DNA of 29,159 nt, taken from the IMG/VR virus record IMGVR_UViG_3300026453_000028, positions 1 to 29,159 of that record; one strand, written 5' to 3'. The stretch is from a virus (Duplodnaviria; Caudoviricetes). A model generated the notes under the pieces. The model made no database searches, was not told where the DNA came from, and saw nothing but the letters and a program-made list of their open reading frames with translations. Position 1 is the stretch's first letter, and each line of letters begins with the position of its first letter. This document shows, in pieces, positions 6,789 to 15,002 of this stretch. The translations under genes and the position numbers were made by a program.

Positions 6789-7172
6789 ATGAAAAAGCTG
6801 AAAAGAGATCCGGTAAAATATATAAGAGATCGAGCTAAATCAAAGTATAAAAAAGGTTCAGAATGTCACATTTGTGGCGCTGACACAGAACTCGACTTTC
6901 ACCACTTTTACACTCTAGCGCCTCTACTAAGAGAATGGCTAAAAGAAAAGCAGAAAGAGAGACCCGCGCATTATACGGATGAGTATATTGTAATCTGGCG
7001 AGACGAGTTTATAGAAGATAAATGGGCGGAGCTGTACGAGCACACAGTGACACTTTGCCATAAACATCATTTGGAACTGCATAGATTGTATGGCAGAAAT
7101 CCAGCCCTAGTGACTGCAAAGAAACAAATGCGCTGGGTAGAGATTCAAAGAGACAAACATGGCATGGTATAA
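6789..7172 (+). CDS. HNH endonuclease, T5 nicking-endonuclease-like
   Basis: CHICG, LDFHH and VTLCHKHHLELH motifs. Located between terL and portal, as in T5. Confidence 0.85.
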   Translation: MKKLKRDPVKYIRDRAKSKYKKGSECHICGADTELDFHHFYTLAPLLREWLKEKQKERPAHYTDEYIVIWRDEFIEDKWAELYEHTVTLCHKHHLELHRLYGRNPALVTAKKQMRWVEIQRDKHGMV

Positions 7173-8349
7173 TTTTTGGCAAAATAAAGATACAGAAGAG
7201 AAGCTGAATCCTGCCCAGCCATACTACGACCATAAAGTAGAGCCTTCACGTGAAAAAGTAGTTAACTACGAGAGAGCCTATGAAGACCTAGAAATTGTAA
7301 ACAGAGGCGTTAACATGATTGTTGATGATACTTCTGAAATACCAATTTCTGTAGGCGGTCAAGTACAAGGAATGTCTAGTGTAGTAAAAGGTATTAAGCG
7401 TTCGCGAGTAGATCTACTATTAAATAAAGAGCCGAACCCTTTTCAAGACATTAGCACTTTTCGTCGTAATTTAATTACTGACTACTTACTTGACGGAAAC
7501 ATTTTTATTTATTTTGATGGTGTACATATGTACCATTTGCCTGCAAACAAAATGACAATACATGCAGATGATACAAAGTATATTGAAAAGTTTACGTTTA
7601 ATGAAACAATTAGCTATAAGCCAAGTGAAATTATTCACATAAAAGACAATTCATTCTATTCTATCTATAGAGGAGTTTCAAGACTAAAACCTGCTTTACG
7701 AACCATGATACTCATGAGAAGTATGCGCGATTTTCAGGATAACTTCTTTAAAAACGGCGCCGTTCCCGGTCTTGTACTTAAATCTCCTAATACTCTATCA
7801 GAAAAAATTAAAGAAAGAATGATTCAATCTTGGTCCGCACGTTATAGACCAGATGCAGGAGGTCGCAGACCTCTTATTCTTGACGGCGGAATTGAAATAG
7901 ATAAAGTTTCAAATATAAACTTTAAAGAATTAGATTTTCAATCTGCAATTTCAGAAAATGAAAAAATTGTACTAAAGGCACTTGGCATCCCCCCAATTAT
8001 GTTAGACTCTGGTAATAATGCTAATTTAAGACCTAACATGAGAATGTACTACTTAGAGACTATTCTTCCTATTGTACGCAAAATGAACTTTGCACTAGAA
8101 AGATACTTTGGGTTTGCACTTTCAGAAGATATAACAGATATTCCGGCATTACAGCCAGAATTACGAGATCAATCTCAGTACTACTCTGCATTAGTAAATA
8201 CTGGAATTATCTCTCCAAACGAAGCTCGAGATGCTCTCGGATTTGCTTCAGTAGAGGGATATGATGATTTGCGAGTTCCAGCAAATATTGCTGGTAGTGC
8301 TGCAAATCCGGACGAAGGCGGAAGGCCTGTAGAAGAAGGAGAAGATTAA
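7159..8349 (+). CDS. Portal protein (HK97 family, T5 pb7-like)
   Basis: LLNKEPNPFQ, LLDGNIFI, EIIHIK, FFKNGAVPG and ISPNEAR motifs. Confidence 0.96.
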   Translation: MAWYNFWQNKDTEEKLNPAQPYYDHKVEPSREKVVNYERAYEDLEIVNRGVNMIVDDTSEIPISVGGQVQGMSSVVKGIKRSRVDLLLNKEPNPFQDISTFRRNLITDYLLDGNIFIYFDGVHMYHLPANKMTIHADDTKYIEKFTFNETISYKPSEIIHIKDNSFYSIYRGVSRLKPALRTMILMRSMRDFQDNFFKNGAVPGLVLKSPNTLSEKIKERMIQSWSARYRPDAGGRRPLILDGGIEIDKVSNINFKELDFQSAISENEKIVLKALGIPPIMLDSGNNANLRPNMRMYYLETILPIVRKMNFALERYFGFALSEDITDIPALQPELRDQSQYYSALVNTGIISPNEARDALGFASVEGYDDLRVPANIAGSAANPDEGGRPVEEGED

Positions 8350-8643
8350 ATGGCAGTACGTCAAAAACAAAAAGTTTTAGATATTGCTCACGAACATTTT
8401 GAGAAGCACAAGCTTCCTTTAGATGTAGACTATAAAACATATCTGGCTAAGGTAGGACCTACAGATGCGATTCATGCTATTTCTGTAAAGAGAAGTTTTA
8501 AAGCATGGAAATACCTACTTCACGCTTTAAAAGTTAAGCATCCAGAACTAATGGAAGCTCCAAAGCCAAAGCCAAAACCTGCTCCGAAGCCTAAAGCTTC
8601 TCCGAGCAAGCCTGCAAAAGCAGAAGCAAAGAGTGAAGACTAA
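8350..8643 (+). CDS. Hypothetical head-region protein with Pro/Lys/Ala tail
   Basis: Good RBS; coupled to both neighbours; APKPKPKPAPKPK low-complexity tail. Confidence 0.7.
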   Translation: MAVRQKQKVLDIAHEHFEKHKLPLDVDYKTYLAKVGPTDAIHAISVKRSFKAWKYLLHALKVKHPELMEAPKPKPKPAPKPKASPSKPAKAEAKSED

Positions 8644-10646
8644 TGGAAAAGATTTTTAACCTTACTTCTACGTTTAAAGCACTCAATGAAGACGACGATG
8701 GTAGCGTCCACATTTGCGGAATGGCTAGCACTGCTGACTTCGACCGAGCTGGAGATACCATTTCAGCCGAAGCATGGACCAAGGGTGGCCTTGGTAACTT
8801 CGAAAAGAATCCTATCATTCTTTTCAATCACGATTATAACAAGCCTATCGGACGCGCTACAGGACTTAAAGTCACTGAAAACGGTCTTGAACTTAAGGCT
8901 AAAATTTCTAAGTCTGCGCCCGATCATGTCGCGCAGCTTGTAAAAGAAGGCATTCTTGGAGCATTTTCTGTTGGTTTCCGAGTCAAGGATGCTGATTACT
9001 TATCGGAAACTGACGGATTAAAGATAAAGGATGCTGAGTTGTTTGAAGTATCAGTGGTATCGGTACCTTGTAACCAAGCAGCTACTTTCTCTCTCGCGAA
9101 ATCATTTGATTCTATCGAAGAGTATAATGAGTTCAAAAAAACTTTCACTAATAGTGTAGATCTAGCCGGTCAGTCTCTGGCTAAAGATGAAGATTCATTT
9201 GAAGCTAGTGATGCACCGGATGGAACTGAAAAGTCAGTTCAAAAGGAGATAACAATGTCGGAAGTAAAAACTCCCGAAATCGACCTGGAGGCTTTTGCTA
9301 AGAAGGTAGCGGATGAGACTGCTGCTAAAATCGCAATTCGTCAGGCCGAAGAAAAAGCCGCTGTTGAAGCAGAAGCTAAAGCAGCACAAGAAGCAGTAGA
9401 AGCTGAAGCCGCAAAGCAGGCTGAAGTTGAGACTGTAATCAAAACTGGTATTGAGTCAGGTGCTGAGCGCCTCTTGGCCGACGTCGAAGCGAAGCTCGCT
9501 GAGAAAGATGCTAAGATTGAGGAAGTACTTTCTCAATATAAGACTGACCTCGAAGAGAAGAATGCTGAAATCACTGCTATGCGTGATTCAAAGCGTGTAT
9601 TCGCTGATCGTACCGAGTCTGGCAACATTTCAAAGTGGGGCAAGGACTTTATGTATGGCCACCTTCTAGGTGTAATGACTGGAAAAGGTTGGGAAACTAA
9701 CTACTCTAAGAGCCTTATGGAAAAAGCAGGTATCAACTATGCAGCTAATGCTGGTGATATTGCTCAAGAAGTCTCTACTGCAATCGAGAAGGAAATCATG
9801 CTCGAGCTTAAGCTCGCTCAAGCTTTCCGTGAGATCACAATTAACTCACAGACTCAAGTATTGCCAATCCAGACAGATGCAGGTCCTGCAGCTTGGGGCT
9901 CAAACACTGATACCGCAGGTAACTTGGAGAACCGTCCTCAAGTCACTAACGTACAGTACAATGCTAAGCAAGTAATCCTGAAAGCAACTCGATTGATCTC
10001 GACTACTTTCATGGACAACAACATTGACGAAGAAGTTCTTGTTAACTTGATGCCAATGCTTGTTGAGTCAGTTGCACGTGCACACGCTCGCGCAGTAGAC
10101 GGAGCTCTTCTTACTGGTACTTCCGGTGGTTCAGAAGCCTTTGATGGCCTCGAAGCTCTTGCAGGCAACAATAAGTTTACAACTTCAGTGGCAGCAGCCG
10201 GTACTGGCGTTGTTGACGCAGCAGACTTCCTCGGAGCACGTAAGCTTATGGGTAAGTATGGCATGATGCCAGAAGATCTGATCTATGTTGTATCTCAGAA
10301 GCGTTACTACGATCTAATTGCTGATGCAGGCTTTGCCGACATCACAGACGTAGGCTCTGATATGGCTACTAAGATTACAGGTTCTGTAGGTTCAATCTTT
10401 GGAACTCCAGTAGTTGTATCTGATCAGCTCGAAGCAGAAGGCGCAAACGCCTCTGTAGGTTATGCTGTTAACGTTCGTAACCACGTAATCCCACGTCTCC
10501 GCGGTGTATCCGTAGAGCAAGATTACGAAGTACTCAATCAGCGTCGAGTAATCGTTGCTAGCCAGTCACTTGGCTTCAACCAGCTCGTTGCTAATAACGG
10601 TACTACTGACGTATCTGTTGTTAAGCTTGTCCAAGCGGCATCTTAA
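8643..10646 (+). CDS. Prohead protease (HK97/S78-type) fused in frame to the major capsid protein
   Basis: Protease motifs ILFNHD, AFSVGF and LFEVSVVSVPCNQAA in the first ~160 aa. No stop before the HK97-fold capsid region. Confidence 0.92.
   Translation: MEKIFNLTSTFKALNEDDDGSVHICGMASTADFDRAGDTISAEAWTKGGLGNFEKNPIILFNHDYNKPIGRATGLKVTENGLELKAKISKSAPDHVAQLVKEGILGAFSVGFRVKDADYLSETDGLKIKDAELFEVSVVSVPCNQAATFSLAKSFDSIEEYNEFKKTFTNSVDLAGQSLAKDEDSFEASDAPDGTEKSVQKEITMSEVKTPEIDLEAFAKKVADETAAKIAIRQAEEKAAVEAEAKAAQEAVEAEAAKQAEVETVIKTGIESGAERLLADVEAKLAEKDAKIEEVLSQYKTDLEEKNAEITAMRDSKRVFADRTESGNISKWGKDFMYGHLLGVMTGKGWETNYSKSLMEKAGINYAANAGDIAQEVSTAIEKEIMLELKLAQAFREITINSQTQVLPIQTDAGPAAWGSNTDTAGNLENRPQVTNVQYNAKQVILKATRLISTTFMDNNIDEEVLVNLMPMLVESVARAHARAVDGALLTGTSGGSEAFDGLEALAGNNKFTTSVAAAGTGVVDAADFLGARKLMGKYGMMPEDLIYVVSQKRYYDLIADAGFADITDVGSDMATKITGSVGSIFGTPVVVSDQLEAEGANASVGYAVNVRNHVIPRLRGVSVEQDYEVLNQRRVIVASQSLGFNQLVANNGTTDVSVVKLVQAAS
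9255..10646 (+). CDS. Major capsid protein precursor from an internal start (463 aa; delta domain plus HK97 fold)
   Basis: AAAAGGAGATAACAATG: strong RBS before in-frame Met205, followed by an Ala/Glu/Lys coiled-coil delta domain. Confidence 0.85.
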   Translation: MSEVKTPEIDLEAFAKKVADETAAKIAIRQAEEKAAVEAEAKAAQEAVEAEAAKQAEVETVIKTGIESGAERLLADVEAKLAEKDAKIEEVLSQYKTDLEEKNAEITAMRDSKRVFADRTESGNISKWGKDFMYGHLLGVMTGKGWETNYSKSLMEKAGINYAANAGDIAQEVSTAIEKEIMLELKLAQAFREITINSQTQVLPIQTDAGPAAWGSNTDTAGNLENRPQVTNVQYNAKQVILKATRLISTTFMDNNIDEEVLVNLMPMLVESVARAHARAVDGALLTGTSGGSEAFDGLEALAGNNKFTTSVAAAGTGVVDAADFLGARKLMGKYGMMPEDLIYVVSQKRYYDLIADAGFADITDVGSDMATKITGSVGSIFGTPVVVSDQLEAEGANASVGYAVNVRNHVIPRLRGVSVEQDYEVLNQRRVIVASQSLGFNQLVANNGTTDVSVVKLVQAAS

Positions 10647-10660
10647 TAGCTAGATAAATA

Positions 10661-10691
10661 AACTGGGGAGGGTTTCCTCCCCAAGTTTTTA
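10661..10691 (+). terminator. Rho-independent terminator after the capsid gene
   Basis: TGGGGAGG-GTTT-CCTCCCCA followed by AGTTTTTT. Confidence 0.85.
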
Positions 10692-10705
10692 CTAATTGAT
10701 TTATT

Positions 10706-11278
10706 ATGGCAGATTTAATTACATTAGCAGATTATAAAGAAGCGGAAGGCCTTACTAGCCCTAAGGACGATCTTCGCTTAACTTCAGTAATTGAGTCAGT
10801 GAGTCAATTAGTAAAAACTTACTGTGGTAATAGTATTGTTGATTACTATTCTACTAACAAAGTCGAAGAGTTTAATATTGATTGGAGCACTCATATTGTA
10901 CAGTTGACGGAAAGTCCTGTCAATAGTGTTGTTTCAGTAGAAAAAAGAGATTCCGTTACGGCCAGTTACACGACCGTGCCAACTACAGACTATTATCTAG
11001 ACACGACGACGGATAGCGTACTGTACGTAACGGGATCTACCTATAAGAACTGGCCGAGTGGAGCAGGTGCAGTAAAAGTTACTTACAAAGCAGGCTATTC
11101 TGAGTGTCCTTCGGATTTAAAGTTGGCTGTTATTGATTTGATTAAGTACTATATGAAAGATGAACATGTTATGCGACGCACTATTGCTGGCGCAACCATG
11201 GAAAATCAAGGAAGCGGCGATGGACGAGGCTTCCCAGACCATATCAAACGTATTCTTGATATGTATAAAAATCTCTAA
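10706..11278 (+). CDS. Head completion / head-tail connector (T5 p144-like)
   Basis: LITLADYK...VKTYCG...VKVTYKAGY...PSDLKLAV...FPDHIKRILDMYK; directly after the capsid gene. Confidence 0.88.
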   Translation: MADLITLADYKEAEGLTSPKDDLRLTSVIESVSQLVKTYCGNSIVDYYSTNKVEEFNIDWSTHIVQLTESPVNSVVSVEKRDSVTASYTTVPTTDYYLDTTTDSVLYVTGSTYKNWPSGAGAVKVTYKAGYSECPSDLKLAVIDLIKYYMKDEHVMRRTIAGATMENQGSGDGRGFPDHIKRILDMYKNL

Positions 11279-12651
11279 TGGCCCAGAAAGACTTATTAAG
11301 ATTTTTAAATGAATTAGATGATAATCTTAAGCAAAGTTCAGATAATTATCGTAAAAAAGTAACAAATAAAGTTGTACATTTTTTTGAACTAAATCCTCGT
11401 GTCATAACACGAACAGTAAAAACTGTTTTGAAGACAAATGGAATTTCAGAAAAATTTATTACTGCGGTCGGAGAAGACAGTATAAAAGACGTGTACGATG
11501 CTGCAATGACAAAAATGCTAAAAGACGTGCATGATGAAATAGTAAAGCTAAGAATTAAAAAGCCTGACGAAGTTGTTTATAGATTTAACAGTGTTCCTCC
11601 AGTTATTAAAGCAAGATTTTTAGTCACGGCACGAAATGCAAGTGTATACGACAGAGTAGTTAAAAGTTATCAAACTGCATTAAATGAGTTTTATGACACT
11701 TTTGTTACAGAAATTAAAAGTGCGGCCGGAAAAGAAAAGCTTGAAAGACAAAGCGGCTCTAGTAATAAAATGCGAGACCAGGAAAAAGCCGGGCAAGTAT
11801 TTAACTTAGAACACGCGGGTGGTACAAGTAATATTGAAATTTTCATAAATGATCAGATGGTAGATGCGTTAGAAAAGGTTATGAATGATTCAATGTATAG
11901 TAATAAAGATGCTATGCTCTCAGAGCTAGCCAAGCTAGACCCCGAGCTTAGAATAGAAAAAGATATAAAAACAGAAACTGTTAGAGTGTTTGTAGGAAAC
12001 GCTTTATTTAATACACAACAAGGCGGCGGTAAAGAAAAAAGCCTAAAGAAAGAAATTGAAGCTAAAGTTAAGAATGCTTTAACAAAATTACAAAGTATTC
12101 CTGCGGCAGAACTAACAGGATCAGATAGTCTAGTTACTGCTAGACGTAAAAAAACAATTAAAAAAGCGCTCAAACCTTTTGAAAAAGCAACAGGCGCTAC
12201 TGTTAAAATGGAAGATACAAAAGTTAAGGGCGAAAAAAGTAAAGCTGCTCTTAAAGTTGCCGGAACTGCAACAAGAGGGCGCGCAAAAAAGCAATCATTA
12301 CAAAAGCAAAACATTAGACAACAAAGAACAGCAAAAGCACAGTTTAGTCAAACAGCAATGTTAGCAGTAATAAATGCAAGGCTACCTCAAGCCATAATAG
12401 ATAATATGGGACCTCCTGCTCTTAGTAATAGAACGGGCAGGTTTGCAGCTTCAGTAAGAGTTATAAACATTATACAAACCCCTCAAGGGTTTCCAAGCAT
12501 AGGATATACTTATAGAAAGAGTCCTTATGCAACATTTGAGCAGGGAGGTAAGCAAGGAAGTATTGATCTTGACCCTAGAAAACTCATTGATAAAACGATT
12601 AGAGAAATAGCAGTAGAGCAAGTAGGCAGACTATACACTAGGAGACTATAA
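11278..12651 (+). CDS. Tail completion / neck protein (T5 p143-like, enlarged)
   Basis: C-terminal NRTGRFAASV...YTY...PY...DPRKLI motif and synteny. Confidence 0.7.
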   Translation: MAQKDLLRFLNELDDNLKQSSDNYRKKVTNKVVHFFELNPRVITRTVKTVLKTNGISEKFITAVGEDSIKDVYDAAMTKMLKDVHDEIVKLRIKKPDEVVYRFNSVPPVIKARFLVTARNASVYDRVVKSYQTALNEFYDTFVTEIKSAAGKEKLERQSGSSNKMRDQEKAGQVFNLEHAGGTSNIEIFINDQMVDALEKVMNDSMYSNKDAMLSELAKLDPELRIEKDIKTETVRVFVGNALFNTQQGGGKEKSLKKEIEAKVKNALTKLQSIPAAELTGSDSLVTARRKKTIKKALKPFEKATGATVKMEDTKVKGEKSKAALKVAGTATRGRAKKQSLQKQNIRQQRTAKAQFSQTAMLAVINARLPQAIIDNMGPPALSNRTGRFAASVRVINIIQTPQGFPSIGYTYRKSPYATFEQGGKQGSIDLDPRKLIDKTIREIAVEQVGRLYTRRL

Positions 12652-13103
12652 TGTCAGAAAGAAATTATACAACTCGTAGGCTTGCTATTGTTGAAGCTCT
12701 AACGCAAGAATTAAAAAATATTGACGGAACTGGAGAGTACGTCAGTAATTTATATGATAACGTACATCCTCGATTAAAATTTTGGGACGAAGTAACACAA
12801 TTTCCCGCAATTCATTTAAATCCAGGAGCGGAAACTCGGGAATATCAAGCAGGCGGTTACAAAGATCGTTTTCTAGGTGTAACAGTTCGATGTTACGTAC
12901 ACGAAGAAGATGCGGCAAGCGCTCTAGAAGCGTTACTAGAAGATGTAGAAACCGTAGTAGAAAAACATAGTAGATTACAGTATACTGATAGACTAAATAA
13001 CTATCAATATACACAACAAATTACCATCGCCAGTATTACTACTGATGAAGGTACATTAGAGCCTTACGGAGTTGGAGAGATTCAGCTAGAGGTTCGCTAC
13101 TAG
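12651..13103 (+). CDS. Tail terminator protein (T5 p142-like)
   Basis: LKFWDEVTQFPAI...ITTDEG motifs; directly before the tail tube gene. Confidence 0.82.
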   Translation: MSERNYTTRRLAIVEALTQELKNIDGTGEYVSNLYDNVHPRLKFWDEVTQFPAIHLNPGAETREYQAGGYKDRFLGVTVRCYVHEEDAASALEALLEDVETVVEKHSRLQYTDRLNNYQYTQQITIASITTDEGTLEPYGVGEIQLEVRY

Positions 13104-13107
13104 AAAC

Positions 13108-13164
13108 GACTGGCACGAACAAACGTTCACGCCCTAGTCCTTTCAATATCATAGGAGATAAACT
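13108..13164 (+). promoter_or_regulatory. Imperfect hairpin plus strong RBS before the tail tube gene
   Basis: Nested pairs GACT/AGTC, GGC/GCC and GAAC-AAAC-GTTC, then AGGAG at 13153-13157. Confidence 0.5.
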
Positions 13165-14865
13165 ATGGCAGATCAATTATATTTTAGCCGCGATAGTAAA
13201 TGCTTCATCGAAATGGATGGAGTATTTTGGACGGTTCCTGTATTGGATGGCTTTAGCTTCTCACAAGCTAACGAATCTCAGGAAATTGTCCTAGCGGAAA
13301 TGGAAGATGCAAACGGCACAAGCCGTCGTGGTAGACGTGCCTTTAACACTGCCCTTTCTGCGGGTGAGTGGTCTTTCTCAACTTACGTTCGTCCTTTCTC
13401 ATCAACTGGAAGCGGCACAGGTAAAGCAGACCCTTCTACTGACGTTCACGCTGTAGAAGAAGTATTATGGGCACTTTTTGCAGGCGCAGATAACTACGAT
13501 GGAAGTCGCGGCGACTTTATGCGTGGAAACACAGGAGGCGCTAATACTGCAAATACTCCTGCTGCTGCTCAAAATCAGTTTACCTTAACTCAGTCAAATA
13601 GGTCAACTCTTGGTACTTGTAACATCTTCTTTGTACTTGGAGATGCTAACCGTACAATTATGCAGTTGAAAGACGCGGTTGTAAATGAAGCGTCCGTAGA
13701 TTTTGACATTGACGGTATTGCAACAATTAACTGGTCAGGAAACTGTTCAGAAGTTAATGATGTAACTGGATCTTCTTTTGAAGGAAGCCGTGATACCATC
13801 GTTATTGATGCAACTGTAAATCAGTCTGATCACGCAAGCGGCGACACTACAATTACTCTTGACGCAGGTCATGGCGTAACTGTAGGTATGAAGGTATTTG
13901 GAGCATCAGGCGTTGCTTCAGGAACAAAAGTAACAGCAGTATCCACAAACGATATTACTGTAGGCACTGCATTTAACGGCGCAATTGCAGATAATACTAC
14001 TCTGCGCTTCATGAAGCAAACAAAAGATAGCACAGATCTTGCTGACGAAGACCTGTTACTAGATACAAATGACTCTAACCGTTTGAAGCGATTCAAGTCA
14101 TTACCAGTAACTACTTTCTTGAGCGGTGCAGTCTCTAGCGGAGATAGTACTGTTACTGTAGATAGTACAACTGGTGTATCTGTGGGTGATTTTATTGTTG
14201 GCGGAGGGTTCCCTGCCGGAACAACAGTTACTACTGTAGACAGCTCAACAGTTATTACTCCAAGCGCTTCAGCAACTGGGGCAGGTGCAGATAATTCACC
14301 TATTACTTTTATTGAAGAGCCCACTATGGTCTATGAGAAAGCTACTGCAACAGATAACTTCATTCGTAACCGTTTGAGCCAGTTGACTGTAACTGTATCT
14401 GATCAAGACCAAGACAATGATGGAACAAATGAGTTTGCATCAAGCTATACTCTTACGCTTACCGGCGGAAACATTACATTGTCAAACAACCTTACTTACA
14501 TTACTCCAGAGGAGTTGGGTAAAGTAAATATTCCTTTCGCACACGTTACTGGTAACCGTAACATTGGTGGATCATTTACTTGTTACTTGACACTTGATAC
14601 TGCAGCCCTTGATGGCACTGGATCTAAGTCACGTGACCTGTTTGATGACCTGCGAAGTGCAACAGGAGTTGTTACTAACTCTATGGATCTTACCTTTAAG
14701 ATTGGCGGAGCTTCAGGAAACCGTTTGGAATTTAATTTCCCAACTGCACACCTAGAAGTACCTTCGCACTCAATTGAAGATGTAATCTCACTCGAAACCA
14801 ACTTCATGGCATTGCCTTCAGCAATTGACCAAACTGACGAGTGTACCATCACTTATAAAGTATAA
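13165..14865 (+). CDS. Major tail tube protein (T5 pb6-like) with two inserted beta domains
   Basis: VLDGFSFSQ, EWSFSTYVRP, DIDGIATINWSG and NNLTYITPEELG motifs; strong RBS; terminator follows. Confidence 0.9.
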   Translation: MADQLYFSRDSKCFIEMDGVFWTVPVLDGFSFSQANESQEIVLAEMEDANGTSRRGRRAFNTALSAGEWSFSTYVRPFSSTGSGTGKADPSTDVHAVEEVLWALFAGADNYDGSRGDFMRGNTGGANTANTPAAAQNQFTLTQSNRSTLGTCNIFFVLGDANRTIMQLKDAVVNEASVDFDIDGIATINWSGNCSEVNDVTGSSFEGSRDTIVIDATVNQSDHASGDTTITLDAGHGVTVGMKVFGASGVASGTKVTAVSTNDITVGTAFNGAIADNTTLRFMKQTKDSTDLADEDLLLDTNDSNRLKRFKSLPVTTFLSGAVSSGDSTVTVDSTTGVSVGDFIVGGGFPAGTTVTTVDSSTVITPSASATGAGADNSPITFIEEPTMVYEKATATDNFIRNRLSQLTVTVSDQDQDNDGTNEFASSYTLTLTGGNITLSNNLTYITPEELGKVNIPFAHVTGNRNIGGSFTCYLTLDTAALDGTGSKSRDLFDDLRSATGVVTNSMDLTFKIGGASGNRLEFNFPTAHLEVPSHSIEDVISLETNFMALPSAIDQTDECTITYKV

Positions 14866-14881
14866 TAAGAACGTTGTTTTT

Positions 14882-14903
14882 AAGGGGCTTCGGCCCCTTT
14901 TTT
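14882..14903 (+). terminator. Rho-independent terminator
   Basis: AAGGGGC-TTCG-GCCCCTT followed by a T run. Confidence 0.92.
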
Positions 14904-14911
14904 ATTACTCC

Positions 14912-14955
14912 TACCAAAAATAACTCTTGACATTTTTCCTCTCCTACCATATAAT
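14912..14955 (+). promoter_or_regulatory. Perfect sigma70 promoter P3 for the tail-tip operon
   Basis: TTGACA (14927-14932), 17-nt spacer, TATAAT (14950-14955), upstream TACCAAAAA. Confidence 0.9.
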
Positions 14956-15002
14956 TACATAGTTAGTGATAGTAAAACAAGGCTTCTAGCAGAGAAGAAT
15001 CA

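Noticed and set aside
9106-9128. TTGATT and TATAAT upstream of the internal capsid start as a possible promoter
   Set aside because: The spacer is only 11 nt and the shared TAC-A-tract element is missing.
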